Source: Capsulimonadales bacterium | Lineage (GTDB): Bacteria > Armatimonadota > Armatimonadia > Armatimonadales > Armatimonadaceae | DNA: 64,000 nucleotides | Direction of reading: 5' to 3' | Assembly (NCBI GenBank): GCA_033762295.1 | Contig: JANRLW010000090.1 | Span: forward strand, 1 to 64,000 | Shown here: positions 38,297-48,602 of the stretch, piece by piece | Numbering within the stretch: position 1 is the stretch's first letter | Layout of the letters: every line of letters begins with the position of its first letter | The notes under the pieces: generated by a model | Database searches by the model: none | What the model was told of the DNA's origin: nothing | Seen by the model: only the letters and a program-made list of their open reading frames with translations | Translations under genes and position numbers: made by a program

Positions 38297-39106
38297 TTAC
38301 ACCTCCTCCTCGAAGTACGACCCCTGTTCCAGCGAGAGCCAGAGTCGCAGGGAGGTCGCCAGCGCGCCGATCCCGATCCCGAGTTCGATCGCCAGAACGG
38401 CGGGCGCATTGACCCGCGTCAGAATCCAGTTCCGGAGGATCTCCAGCCGGAAGTTCGCGGCGAACCCTTCGGCGGGCAGCCAGGAGGTCAGGGCCTGACC
38501 GACGGCGATCTGTCCCAGAATCACCACCAGGGCCGAGCAGAGAAGAATGGTCGCCTCGACGGATCGGGCGCGGAACGCCCGGTAGGCGGCGGACACGATA
38601 TAAAACGCGACAATGGAGAACATGGCGGCGTTCAGCGCATTGAATCCCCCGTCGTAGGCCAGCGTATACAGGCCGCGGGCGACCGTGTTCTCCCGGTCGT
38701 ACTCCTTCCAGAGGGCGGGGACGGCAATCGCCAGGATCGAACCGACAAGGACAACGGAAAATCCCCACCCCTGCCGACGACGGGCGATGGCGCGCAGGTG
38801 AACGTTCAGCAGGGAGTAGATGCCGACACCGAGGGCGAACGCCTGCAGGACGGTCGTCATATCGGAGACCGGCTTCAGGTACGGGGTCAGAAAGTTTTTT
38901 CCGATGTTGTCGCCCGAGGTCGCGACCGGCCAGAAAAACTCCGCCGCGAAAAAGAGACCGGCGAGAAAGGTGACGGCCGCGATCAGAGGCTTGCGGGCGC
39001 GCGGCGGGGCAAGCGTCAGCAGGAACAGGCAGAGGCCGCCGAACAGCAACGCGCCGACGATGAACAGCCAGAGGAGGGGGCCGGACTGCGGGACGAAAAG
39101 GCCCAT
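38297..39106 (-). CDS. Polytopic membrane protein (DUF6754 operon)
   Basis: About 7 TM; MFSIVAFYIVSAAYRAFRAR. Confidence 0.8.
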   Translation of the reverse strand: MGLFVPQSGPLLWLFIVGALLFGGLCLFLLTLAPPRARKPLIAAVTFLAGLFFAAEFFWPVATSGDNIGKNFLTPYLKPVSDMTTVLQAFALGVGIYSLLNVHLRAIARRRQGWGFSVVLVGSILAIAVPALWKEYDRENTVARGLYTLAYDGGFNALNAAMFSIVAFYIVSAAYRAFRARSVEATILLCSALVVILGQIAVGQALTSWLPAEGFAANFRLEILRNWILTRVNAPAVLAIELGIGIGALATSLRLWLSLEQGSYFEEEV

Positions 39107-39107
39107 C

Positions 39108-39920
39108 TCAGCGGCCCTCCGGCGTGGGCAGAAAATAGGCCGCGAGCGAGGCCAGATCCCGGTCGGAAAAGAGGTTCCGGACGACCGGCACATTCGCCGT
39201 CAGCAGGACCGCTCCGACCAGGATCAGGGCGAGCAGAAGCCCCTTGACCAGGTCCTGACCGGCGAGCGACCCCATCAGGGTCGGCTGTCGGGTGAGATAG
39301 GCGGTCGCACCGTAAAATTCGTCGCCGATGATGACATAATCGCACGACACGATGAAGAAGGGGATCTGGGTCGTGGACGGGGTTCCGGCGACCTGGATCG
39401 CACCGACCTGGTTGGCGTTCTCGGCGATAATCAACGATTCGGCGAAGAAGGTTCCGAAAAGGAAGGTCGCGGCCACCCTTTCCCGCTGAATGATACCGGC
39501 GATTCCGGCGGCGTAGGCGAACTGCTCACCCGAAAGGAACAGAATATCCTCTTCGTGAAAGGCGTCCGGCCGTCCGGCGGCGTTGTAAGCGTTTCGAATG
39601 GCGTCCTCGGCGACCGGCACCAGGGCGGCGTTACGCACCGGGAGCAGCAGGCGACTGCCGAACCGCGCGGCGACCGCGGCGACATTGGTCACGATCGCCA
39701 GCGCCTGCAGGGTGACGATGTCAATGCCGCCAAGACCGACGGAGGACAGGATCGGTCGGCCCATTTCGACCGCGCGCCCGACGGCTTCGTCGATGGCGGT
39801 CAGGCCGGGGATACGACGAATGAACGGTCGGTGTCCCCGTTGCGCGCGAATCACCTGCCAGACGATGATGATGGAAAAGGTCAGCAGAATCCAGCGTGTC
39901 GGGCCGGTGGCGTGTTCCAT
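39108..39920 (-). CDS. DUF6754 domain protein
   Basis: IRRIPGLTAIDEAVGRAVEMGRP, AESLIIAE, QIPFF, IGDEFY. Confidence 0.8.
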   Translation of the reverse strand: MEHATGPTRWILLTFSIIIVWQVIRAQRGHRPFIRRIPGLTAIDEAVGRAVEMGRPILSSVGLGGIDIVTLQALAIVTNVAAVAARFGSRLLLPVRNAALVPVAEDAIRNAYNAAGRPDAFHEEDILFLSGEQFAYAAGIAGIIQRERVAATFLFGTFFAESLIIAENANQVGAIQVAGTPSTTQIPFFIVSCDYVIIGDEFYGATAYLTRQPTLMGSLAGQDLVKGLLLALILVGAVLLTANVPVVRNLFSDRDLASLAAYFLPTPEGR

Positions 39921-39921
39921 G

Positions 39922-40221
39922 TCAGGCGGTCTCCGTTTCCGGGCGGGCGGACTCGATGCGGGCGATCAGTTCGTCGGTGACCCCCGGCTCGGCGAGGAGA
40001 CGTCCGACCTCCTGTAATCGATCGATGCCGATCAGGGGAGCCAGCAGCGGCGCGAACGGAATCAGCGCCTGAGAGGCGATGAAGGCGAACGGGCGGTTGA
40101 GTTCCAGGGCGAGGACGGCGGGGGTCTCCAGTCCGCGTCGGCGAATCGCTTCGGCGACGGATCGGAGCAGGCGTTCCCGCCGATCGGGCGGCAACGGTTC
40201 GTTCCAGCGTTCGAGTGACAT
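39922..40221 (-). CDS. Small hypothetical protein
   Basis: RRRGLETPAVLALELNRP; overlaps the upstream stop, 1-bp gap to the downstream gene. Confidence 0.72.
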   Translation of the reverse strand: MSLERWNEPLPPDRRERLLRSVAEAIRRRGLETPAVLALELNRPFAFIASQALIPFAPLLAPLIGIDRLQEVGRLLAEPGVTDELIARIESARPETETA

Positions 40222-40703
40222 CAGGCGGCTCCTTGTTTGCGCCCTTCCGCTCTCAGGGAGCGAACGAGTTCGGTCACTTCGTCGGCGTTGTCGGCGAAAC
40301 GCAGGCGGACGCCCCGAAAGGCTTCCAGTCGGGACGGCGCGGCGAACGGCGACAGGTAGAGGCCGTCCCGACCCTTTGTGGCCCGCCGTACGTCGGTCCA
40401 GGCGATAAACCAGCGGGACAATCCGCAGTCGGCGTGCGCTCCCAGATCGGTCAGACGAAAGCGGATCGGCAGGAGGTAATCGCTGAGCGCGGCCAGCAGG
40501 CAGAGGACGGGCACCGGCAGGAGGACCGGATGCGGGAGAACCAGCCACCAGACACTGACCGCCCCGGCGATCGCGACGGCAACGAGCGGGATCGGATGCG
40601 GGTCTTCCTGCAATCGATGGATCTCCCAGGCGAGGTAAACGGTTTCGCCCGTCGGGCGGACGGGCGGGAGGGGGCCGGAGGTTCTCTGGAGGTCGAAAGG
40701 CAT
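40221..40703 (-). CDS. Hypothetical membrane protein (2 TM plus PH-like tail)
   Basis: Two TMs then LPIRFRLTD, LSPF..PSRLEAFRG; start uncertain. Confidence 0.68.
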   Translation of the reverse strand: MPFDLQRTSGPLPPVRPTGETVYLAWEIHRLQEDPHPIPLVAVAIAGAVSVWWLVLPHPVLLPVPVLCLLAALSDYLLPIRFRLTDLGAHADCGLSRWFIAWTDVRRATKGRDGLYLSPFAAPSRLEAFRGVRLRFADNADEVTELVRSLRAEGRKQGAA

Positions 40704-40871
40704 TTTTCGGCAGGCGAGATGGCGATTTCGTGATCCGGCGGCGTTGCCGGTAACGGGCAAGCCCGTTTGCATCATTCGGAGGATGTCGCATTATAGGGGC
40801 AACCGCGAAACGGTGTCAAGTGATCCGGCGAAAACCGGCGGGTTGCATCGGAAATCGCGTAAAATAGGAAC

Positions 40872-41369
40872 ATGACACCATCCGTTCCCCCTGTTCCGGA
40901 GCGTGCGAGCGACGAGGATTTCGCCCGATACGAACGAATCGCCCCGCTTATTGAGGGGTTGGAAACGCGTTTCCCGCGCCAGAGTCGTTACAACACCATG
41001 CTGCCGGGCCTTTATGCGATCAGCGCGCTTCTCAGTATCCTTCCGATCGTGATCACGGTCGTGTCGCTGGTCGCCCTTTGGATCGGGTTTCGGAAGGAAC
41101 CGAGCGTCTCAAAACTGACGTCCATTGTCGGTATTTTGCCCTGGGTGGGGCTGACCGCGTTTCTTCTGGTGATGCCTGTGCGGTTTTTTCTCGGAAGCCT
41201 GGGGCCATGGCTGCGAAGGAAAATCCCCTCGGTGCGTCGGGTCGATGCCGAACGAGCGGCGAACGCGGCGGGTATTGGCGAACGGCCGCGCCCTGTCCGG
41301 GACCGCCGACAATGGAAAGTTGCCGACCTCGATGAATCCCACCGACGGATACGCGTCGGAGAGAAGTGA
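40872..41369 (+). CDS. Hypothetical membrane protein
   Basis: Two TM segments; AGGA SD. Confidence 0.6.
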   Translation: MTPSVPPVPERASDEDFARYERIAPLIEGLETRFPRQSRYNTMLPGLYAISALLSILPIVITVVSLVALWIGFRKEPSVSKLTSIVGILPWVGLTAFLLVMPVRFFLGSLGPWLRRKIPSVRRVDAERAANAAGIGERPRPVRDRRQWKVADLDESHRRIRVGEK

Positions 41370-41450
41370 AATACCCCATACGTTCCGGTATCGTTAGGGC
41401 AGCCTATTTTTGTCTGCAAGGGAAAGGTATAACGTGTGCGGAGGCGTACC

Positions 41451-42311
41451 GTGACGAACCCGTTTGATCTTGCCCTTACCGACGAACCTCAGGCTCTGCA
41501 TCGCATCGACGACGACCAGCATCGCCTGACCGCGGTCACCTTCGATCACCCGGCGCACTGGCAGGCCGAAAGCGCCGTCCGCTGGAACTTTCAGCACCAT
41601 CGTCTGCCGGTTCGGATGAGTGCGCGGACTTTCGACCCGCTGTCCGGGTGGACGCTGGAGTTCTTTCCGGTCGAACTGTTTTGCTGGATCGAACCCTCGG
41701 TCGGGTCCGGCGAAGAGGGGCAGGAAGCGGGGGGCGGCGCGATCCTTCTGCGTCCTCTGTCGGCGGCGGACGCCCTCACCCGTTTCGTCCTTCCCCGACT
41801 TCGTCGCGACCGTCCCGATGCGGGAATCCTCGGTATCTTTCCCCTGCCGCACCTCGCGCAGATGCTCCGGGTCGCGACTCCGGCGGGCGCGTTCCATGAA
41901 GGCGTCTGCGTCCGTATCGGTTATTATGAGAACGGTCGGGCGATGGAGGAGGAGTTTTACGGTTTGAAGGTGGCGTACGAGGGCGTTCCGTCCCACGGAT
42001 TGGCGGGAACGCCGGTCCGGTACGACTGGGGGTTCGAACGGCTTTTCGCCTTTCGCGTCCCGGTCGGGCAGATGGACGCCGCGCGGGAACGGTTCTGGCG
42101 CATTATCCGCTCGGTGAAGGTAAATCCGGCCTGGGAACAGGTTTTCGGGCAGGTCGTTCGCCAACTGGCGGGTCGGCCCGGCGGGTCGGTCATTTCAGCG
42201 CCGCCGCGACCGCCTCACGGGAGGCCGCAGATAGAGGATCGGCGTTCGGCAGACGAAGCAGGCGAAGCCGAAGAACGTGGGTCAGCGTTTCTCCCTGTTT
42301 CATGGCGGTGA
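41451..42311 (+). CDS. Hypothetical protein
   Basis: GGAGG SD before GTG; globular composition; 3' end overlaps the convergent gene. Confidence 0.6.
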   Translation: MTNPFDLALTDEPQALHRIDDDQHRLTAVTFDHPAHWQAESAVRWNFQHHRLPVRMSARTFDPLSGWTLEFFPVELFCWIEPSVGSGEEGQEAGGGAILLRPLSAADALTRFVLPRLRRDRPDAGILGIFPLPHLAQMLRVATPAGAFHEGVCVRIGYYENGRAMEEEFYGLKVAYEGVPSHGLAGTPVRYDWGFERLFAFRVPVGQMDAARERFWRIIRSVKVNPAWEQVFGQVVRQLAGRPGGSVISAPPRPPHGRPQIEDRRSADEAGEAEERGSAFLPVSWR

Positions 42312-43191
42312 GTGGGGACATCACTTCGATCTCGTTGTACCGGGCCGGCGCGCTGTCCGCCCCGTTGTTCCAGACGGTGAGGGGGAAGCCGCTTCCTTCC
42401 GCGCCTTCCGGGTAGGGGGCGTCCTTCTTCTCGGAGCGCAGAATGATCGCCCGGTCACCCTTCACCCCTGCCGCGACGGATCGGGGGGCATCGATGCCGA
42501 ACTTGTATCCGCCTGTGGGCGTCGGTCGGTACACCAGGAGCCGGTCCTCACCGATCTCGGTCGGGTGCGCCTCCTTCGGCGTTTTCCCGCCGAACCAGTA
42601 GCCGCCGTTTTTGTAGGGGCTGTCCGGGTTGACCGGCAGGTAGATCACGTCCGGTTGCGGCAACTGTACGACGTTCCAGGCGGCGATCTGGCGCGGTTCG
42701 CCGGTTTCCTTTTTCAGCACGGTGGTGATGACGAGTTCTCCGGTCGCGGGATCGAGCCGGAATTCCCGGGTCGCGCGGACGCCGAAACCCTCCATAACCG
42801 GACCGACGGTCCGCAGAATTCCGCCCGGCACGACCTCCGTCCGGTGCGGCATTCCGTCGTACGTGGGATGTGGGGGCCAGCCGGGACCGAACAGCGGCCA
42901 CGCGCTCTGCAGGGCGGGCCACACCTTCTCCCCGCCCCAGTTCGCCCATTCGCCGGGGGGAAAAACCGTCCCGGACGGCGCGTTCCAGAGGGCGTTCGTC
43001 CCACCGACCATCCGATAGGTCATCAGGCGGCTGCTGAGCGAGGGGACGATGACGGCTTCCGTCCTGCCATCGGTAAGAAGGAAGGCTTCCCGACCGTTCC
43101 ATTCCGTTTTTTTCGGCGCGTTCTGCGCCTCCGCCGACTCAACACCGGACATAAGCAGAACTCCCAGGGCGATGATCGCAAAAAACCGCAT
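42190..43191 (-). CDS. Secreted DUF4380 / galactose-mutarotase-like protein
   Basis: Signal peptide AEA|Q; NWGGEKVWPA, YNEIEVMSP. Confidence 0.72.
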   Translation of the reverse strand: MRFFAIIALGVLLMSGVESAEAQNAPKKTEWNGREAFLLTDGRTEAVIVPSLSSRLMTYRMVGGTNALWNAPSGTVFPPGEWANWGGEKVWPALQSAWPLFGPGWPPHPTYDGMPHRTEVVPGGILRTVGPVMEGFGVRATREFRLDPATGELVITTVLKKETGEPRQIAAWNVVQLPQPDVIYLPVNPDSPYKNGGYWFGGKTPKEAHPTEIGEDRLLVYRPTPTGGYKFGIDAPRSVAAGVKGDRAIILRSEKKDAPYPEGAEGSGFPLTVWNNGADSAPARYNEIEVMSPLTAMKQGETLTHVLRLRLLRLPNADPLSAASREAVAAALK

Positions 43192-43327
43192 CGTTTTTCT
43201 CTCCTTACGCTGAAATTCGCCGCAGGTTCGACAAAAGCCTTCTCCCGACGCTCCCGACGTCCGAAAGCAGGAAACCGGGGGCGCACGGAGGAAATCCTTT
43301 CCGAACCTTCACCGTCAGGAGTCGAGC

Positions 43328-44092
43328 ATGTCCGATCGAAACATTATCTCCGTCAATCTGGGAAGTTATGGCCATTTCCGGGAAGGCGCGCTGGCGCATC
43401 TGGCCGAACTGGGCGTCCGGCACGTCGAGATCGGCGTTCCGAAACCCGAGGAGGTCGAGGAATGGACCGGGCGACTGACCGAATACGGTCTTTCGGCGAC
43501 GACTCTGCAGTGTCCCTGCGATCTGTCCGAGGAACCGGAGACGATGCGTCCCTCTCTGGAAGTCGGGAAGGCGATGGGAGTCGGTATTTTCTTCGTGAGT
43601 GTCAAGGCGGGGGAGAAACTGACCAAACCGCAGGCGTACGACCGCCTCCGGGCGCGGGCCGAGATGGCCGATGAGTACGGCATTACCCTGGCGATGGAAA
43701 CGCACCCGGACCTGGGCGAAAACTTCAACGAAGCGCGGGCGACGATCCATGCGGTCGCGCACCCCCGCCTCCGATGGAATCTGGATACGGCGAACCTCTA
43801 TTATTATAACGCCAACATGGACGCGGTGGAAACGGCGAAGAAGGGAGCCTCCCTGATCGCCGCCGTCCACCTGAAGGATACCAACGGGGCGCAACGCTGC
43901 TGGTGGTTCCCTGCCCTCGGGGATGGCGTGGTGGATTTCGGCGGCGTGTTCGGCGTGCTGGGGGCGGTCGGGTTCCGCGGTCCCTACACCCTGGAACTCG
44001 AAGGGGTGGAAGGACGACCGCTTGACGAGGCCGGGACGAAGGACCAGGTAGCCCGCAGCATCGCCCATCTTCGCGCGCTTGGCGTCTTCTGA
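43328..44092 (+). CDS. Sugar-phosphate isomerase/epimerase (xylose-isomerase-like TIM barrel)
   Basis: METH, DTAN, VHLKD, LGDGVVDF, LELE. Confidence 0.88.
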   Translation: MSDRNIISVNLGSYGHFREGALAHLAELGVRHVEIGVPKPEEVEEWTGRLTEYGLSATTLQCPCDLSEEPETMRPSLEVGKAMGVGIFFVSVKAGEKLTKPQAYDRLRARAEMADEYGITLAMETHPDLGENFNEARATIHAVAHPRLRWNLDTANLYYYNANMDAVETAKKGASLIAAVHLKDTNGAQRCWWFPALGDGVVDFGGVFGVLGAVGFRGPYTLELEGVEGRPLDEAGTKDQVARSIAHLRALGVF

Positions 44093-44096
44093 CCGG

Positions 44097-46373
44097 CTAC
44101 CGTTCGGGAGGACCGATCAGGCCATAGTAGCGGCCCATCCAGTAAGCCATCAGCCAGTCATTCTGCCGGTCCTCCCGTTCGCCGTTACGCCCGATCACGG
44201 CTTTGTACGGCTCCTGGTCGAACATACAGAGACCCATTTCGCTGCGCGGCGGCAGACGTTTGAGGCGGAATTCGTCGATTCCGGGCGTCAGGTCACGTTC
44301 GATATCCTCGCGCAGACGGTTATCCACCGTCCATTCGATATGGTCGAGCGGCCAGTCCCGCAGCTGTTCGACCGCCGCGTCCAACGGCACGCGGTCCCCC
44401 GAATACCGGTTATAGACGAAATCGTAGAACGGTATCCGGTCATGGCGAATAAACCGGTGCCAGTTGCGCATACTGGTTCGCATCACCTGACGCAGTTCGG
44501 GTGAAACCGCATGGGTGACGGCATAGGGATAGACCATGGACAGCAGTTCGTCCTCGATGTGCGTATGCTCGGAGGGCGTACCGAAGTGAACGTTCGCGGC
44601 GCGTTTGTCGTAGCCGTACTTCCCGGTGAGGAGTTTTGTCGCTTCGATATAGCGCGGGTTTTTCGTCATGTGGTAGGCGACGCCCAGGAAGGCCAGAATC
44701 TCGATCGCGTTGCCGCCGGACTCCTCGTTCCAGGTGGGATCATCGACGAGGCTTTCCGGGTTCCAGTGGCCCCAGCGGGTGGCGACGCCGTCGATATCCC
44801 GGAGGACGAACCCGTGGTCCACGATCCCGCCGATGATCCGGTCGACCTGCGCCGCCACCCGCTTCTTTTCCTCATCGTCGGCGGCCAGGTCAAAATAGTG
44901 GCTATAGCCGAACATATGTCCGTCGACCTCGTCCGAACTGGCGTCACGTTTCCAGAGCCACTTGCCGTCGGCCGAGGGGACCCACCGTTTCTCGATGATC
45001 TTCTCACGCGGGTCCTGGCGTCGTGACTCAGCGATTTCCAGCGGGGTAAACGTCCGGTCGACCTCGTGGCGCGGCGGGGTTCCGATCGGAAGGACGGACC
45101 GCGCGATGAAGTGGCGGGTGCCGGTCACCTGTTGCAGGACTTCGAGCGCATGGAACGCGGCTTTCGCGTTTTCGCGGGCCTGCGGGTCTTTGGTGACGGC
45201 GTAGCGCATCGATTCCATCGCCAGGTACATGCCGGTATGTTCACCGTCGTTGTCGTCATCCTCGATGAAGCTTTCCGAGAGGTCACCGGGTTTGACCAGG
45301 ACGGCGGGACCGACGAGACCGGGCGGGCGCAGGTGGCGGGCGCGCAGGTCCTTCAGAAGTTCGTCGGCCTTGTCGGCGAGGGTCATTTTTCGACGGCGGA
45401 TCGCATCGACGCCGCCGGCGGTGGCGACCCAGGCGGTTCCGTCCGGACCGACAGCGACATCGCGGACATCGTCGTCGAGGAGCCAGCGTCGACTATGGCG
45501 CAGAGTCCATGCGTGGGCCTCTCTCCGAACGACCCCGTTAGGCGTTGCGATCCAGTAGCGACCGTCGGCATCCACGGTCACGCTGCGTGCGGTCCGAAAC
45601 GGCATCCCCTGCGCCTGCGAGAGCGATCGAACACGTTTCTCGCCCCGGTAGAAATCGAGGCCGCCGGTGGACGCGATGCACAGGGTTCCGTCGGGCATCT
45701 CCTCCAGATCGTGGATATTGCTGCTGAGCAGGACGTCCGGGCGTCCGAAGCGGCGGGCGGGGGGCGCGCCGGGGGCCAGACTTTGCCGGTACAGCCCACT
45801 CGCCGAACCGATCCCGAGGGCGTTGTCGGCGGTCAGCGCGACCGCGCGTATCGCCCGGTGCCATGCGCCGGAAACCGGACGCCAGCCGTTGCTGCCGCGC
45901 CGGAGGCGGATACCGTCCGGCCCGGCGGCAACGACGGTTTCGCCTTCCGGCGTTTCGCGGATCGAAATCGCCCCGACCGGGCGCAGGTCGAGGTCGGTCG
46001 GCGTAATCCCGTCCGGTGTCGCGCGAAACAGTCCGTTCGCGGCCCCGACATACAGACGACCGCCCCGGTCGAGGCGGAGGGCGTTGGCCGGACCCGTCGC
46101 GTCGGAGCCGGACGGCGTCCGCCAGGTTTTACCTTCCAGGTAACGAACGCCGGCGGCCGTCGCGATCCAGACCCGTTGCTGTCGGTCGAGAGCGATCGCA
46201 CGGACATCGTTCTCGGCGGCGGAACCGAGTGGGAACGCTTCGTGGTATTCCTGGAAAAAGGGTGTGTCCCGGATCGGGGATTGGGCGAGGCCGGTGACCG
46301 GCAGGGCGAGCAGCGCAAGAACGAACGCGGGAACCGACCGTAACGAAACGAAAATGTGAGGGCGCAACGACAT
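44097..46373 (-). CDS. Secreted protein: beta-propeller repeats plus helical glycoside-hydrolase-like domain
   Basis: Signal peptide; WIATxxG repeats; DDNDGEHTGMY, WKRDASSDE, YWMGRYYG; GGAGG SD. Confidence 0.75.
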   Translation of the reverse strand: MSLRPHIFVSLRSVPAFVLALLALPVTGLAQSPIRDTPFFQEYHEAFPLGSAAENDVRAIALDRQQRVWIATAAGVRYLEGKTWRTPSGSDATGPANALRLDRGGRLYVGAANGLFRATPDGITPTDLDLRPVGAISIRETPEGETVVAAGPDGIRLRRGSNGWRPVSGAWHRAIRAVALTADNALGIGSASGLYRQSLAPGAPPARRFGRPDVLLSSNIHDLEEMPDGTLCIASTGGLDFYRGEKRVRSLSQAQGMPFRTARSVTVDADGRYWIATPNGVVRREAHAWTLRHSRRWLLDDDVRDVAVGPDGTAWVATAGGVDAIRRRKMTLADKADELLKDLRARHLRPPGLVGPAVLVKPGDLSESFIEDDDNDGEHTGMYLAMESMRYAVTKDPQARENAKAAFHALEVLQQVTGTRHFIARSVLPIGTPPRHEVDRTFTPLEIAESRRQDPREKIIEKRWVPSADGKWLWKRDASSDEVDGHMFGYSHYFDLAADDEEKKRVAAQVDRIIGGIVDHGFVLRDIDGVATRWGHWNPESLVDDPTWNEESGGNAIEILAFLGVAYHMTKNPRYIEATKLLTGKYGYDKRAANVHFGTPSEHTHIEDELLSMVYPYAVTHAVSPELRQVMRTSMRNWHRFIRHDRIPFYDFVYNRYSGDRVPLDAAVEQLRDWPLDHIEWTVDNRLREDIERDLTPGIDEFRLKRLPPRSEMGLCMFDQEPYKAVIGRNGEREDRQNDWLMAYWMGRYYGLIGPPER

Positions 46374-46494
46374 ACCTCCCGGAGACCTTCGGACATTTCC
46401 CCGGCGACCGAGGCGTTCCCCGTACCGACGGTCCTCTAATGTTGCTTCGTCGCTTGCCGGATTTCCTCCCGTGGGCCAGGCCGCCGCCTCCCGT

Positions 46495-46534
46495 GACGTT
46501 CGGCGACATTCGGCGACATTCGGGGACGTTCGGG
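46495..46534. repeat. Four 10-bp direct repeats GACRTTCGGS
   Basis: GACGTTCGGC GACATTCGGC GACATTCGGG GACGTTCGGG. Confidence 0.85.
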
Positions 46535-46541
46535 GAATCGC

Positions 46542-46571
46542 TTGCCACCTTTTCATCGGAAACGGTATAAT
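46542..46571 (+). promoter_or_regulatory. Sigma70-type promoter for phnD
   Basis: TTGCCA-N18-TATAAT. Confidence 0.6.
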
Positions 46572-46698
46572 GCACCTGCCCGGAGCGTACCGAGACACCG
46601 GTATCGGTGACCGTTCGCTCCCGCGCCGTCCATCGTTGCGCGACGCCGCCCGTTTCCGATTCCGGTCCGTTTGTGCGATGGCATCCGAGGAAAGTACC

Positions 46699-47736
46699 AT
46701 GAGATTTACCCGCCGACTGTTCGTTGTCTGTGCGGTTTCCCTTCTGACATCGATAACCGCGTTTACCGCCGGTTGCGGCGAGACAACGCCTGAGGCGGGG
46801 AACGCCTCCGGCGCGCCGTCCGCCGGTGCTTCTCCGGCGACCTCCGGGGAAACGCCGAAGGAACTCGTGCTCGGATTCACCCCGGCAGCCGAGGCGACGA
46901 AAGTGGGCGACTACGCGAAACCGCTGGCCGAGCATCTGGGTAAGGAACTGGGGATACCGGTGAAGACGTTCACCTCGACCGATTACAGCGGTCTGGTGGA
47001 GGCGATGGGCAGTGGAAAGGTCGATATCGGCGCGGTCCCGCCGCTTGCCTATGTGCTTGCCAGCGATCAACAAGCCGCCAAGGTCATTCTCAAGGTGCAG
47101 CGCAAAGATAAGACGACCGGAAAACCGACCCTCACCTACCGCGCCATGTTCGTCGCCAAGGCGGGATCGGGGATCAAGAAGATCGAAGACGCCAAGGGGA
47201 AGCGCATGGCCTTTGTCGATCCGTCCTCGACCTCCGGCTACCTGTTCCCGGCCGCCTATCTGAAGGCGAAGGGCTATGATCCGGAATCGTTCTTCTCGCA
47301 ACTGATCTATGCCGGGTCGCACGATCGGGCGGTGCAGTCGGTCTACAACGGCGATGTCGATGTCGCCGCCTGCTACGACGACGTCCGGGACCTTCTCGTG
47401 AAGAACGGTGTCAAAGACGCGAAGGAGAAGGTCGTCATCGTCGAGTACACCGGCGAGATCCCGAACGACACCATCTCGGTCCGCGCGAATATGGACGAAG
47501 CCCTCACCAACCGGATCAAGTCCATCCTGATCGCCTATGCGAAGACCGAGGAGGGGAAGAAGACGCTGGATAACCTGTATCAGGCGGTCGATCTGGTCGA
47601 GGCGCAGGACAGCGATTACGATTCGGTCCGCGAGGTTGCGAAGTCGATGGACGTTCAACTGTCGATGTTCTCCAAGGACAAGAAACCGGCGAGCGGCGCT
47701 CCGTCTCCCGCCCCGTCCGCCGCAAAGGCACCCTAG
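46699..47736 (+). CDS. phnD: Phosphate/phosphite/phosphonate ABC transporter substrate-binding lipoprotein
   Basis: Lipobox TAGC; DPSSTSGYLFP, GSHD, IPND. Confidence 0.9.
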   Translation: MRFTRRLFVVCAVSLLTSITAFTAGCGETTPEAGNASGAPSAGASPATSGETPKELVLGFTPAAEATKVGDYAKPLAEHLGKELGIPVKTFTSTDYSGLVEAMGSGKVDIGAVPPLAYVLASDQQAAKVILKVQRKDKTTGKPTLTYRAMFVAKAGSGIKKIEDAKGKRMAFVDPSSTSGYLFPAAYLKAKGYDPESFFSQLIYAGSHDRAVQSVYNGDVDVAACYDDVRDLLVKNGVKDAKEKVVIVEYTGEIPNDTISVRANMDEALTNRIKSILIAYAKTEEGKKTLDNLYQAVDLVEAQDSDYDSVREVAKSMDVQLSMFSKDKKPASGAPSPAPSAAKAP

Positions 47737-47756
47737 GAAAGGCGGCTGTTGCCCGT

Positions 47757-48602
47757 ATGCCTTCCGAGCGCCCGTCGGTCGAACCGCTCGTCGTGCTGGA
47801 GAACGTGTCCAAGCGGTACCCCAACGGGCACCTGGCCCTGGACCGGGTCTCGCTGTCCTTCCGCCCCGGCGAGTTCGTCGTCATCGTCGGACTATCCGGC
47901 GCGGGAAAATCCACGCTTATCCGCTGCCTGAACCGGCTGGTCGAGCCGACCGAAGGACGTATCCTGATCGCCGGAGAGGATATTACCCGGTTCGGTGATG
48001 CCGACCTGCGACGTCAGCGCGCGAAGATCGGGATGATCTTCCAGAACTACAACCTGGTGCGTCGCTCCTCGGTATTGCGGAACGTCCTGGCGGGGCGGCT
48101 GGCGCACCTGCCGACCTGGCGAACGGTGATGGGATGGTTTCCGAAGGACGATATCCGTCTGGCCCTTCGCTGCCTGCAGCGGGTCGGCATTCCGGAAAAG
48201 GCGTATCAACGGGCGGACACGCTTTCGGGAGGGCAACAGCAACGGGTGGCGATCGCCCGTGCGCTGGCGCAGGAACCGATGATCCTGCTGGCCGACGAAC
48301 CCGTGGCCTCACTGGACCCGCCGACCGCCCACCAGGTTCTGCGCGACCTGAAACTCCTTTCCCGTGAGGAGAATCTGCTGACCTTCGTCAATCTGCACTT
48401 TGTCGATATGGCGATGGAGTATGCCGATCGGATTATCGGATTACGCGCCGGCAAGGTCGTGTTCGACGGTCCGACGACCGGCATGACCGAATCGACCTTC
48501 GAGGAGATCTACAACCGCCGGATTCGACCGGACGACCTGCGCGGTGCGGTCGACGACCGGAGTCCGACACCGCTATTGCCGGAGACGATCGTTGTCCGCT
48601 AG
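47757..48602 (+). CDS. phnC: Phosphonate ABC transporter ATPase
   Basis: GLSGAGKST, NVLAGRL, LSGGQQQR, DEPVASLDP. Confidence 0.93.
   Translation: MPSERPSVEPLVVLENVSKRYPNGHLALDRVSLSFRPGEFVVIVGLSGAGKSTLIRCLNRLVEPTEGRILIAGEDITRFGDADLRRQRAKIGMIFQNYNLVRRSSVLRNVLAGRLAHLPTWRTVMGWFPKDDIRLALRCLQRVGIPEKAYQRADTLSGGQQQRVAIARALAQEPMILLADEPVASLDPPTAHQVLRDLKLLSREENLLTFVNLHFVDMAMEYADRIIGLRAGKVVFDGPTTGMTESTFEEIYNRRIRPDDLRGAVDDRSPTPLLPETIVVR

Noticed and set aside
46495..46534. CRISPR array (also considered 21891-21932 and 10386-11033)
   Set aside because: No unique spacers, wrong unit sizes, no cas genes
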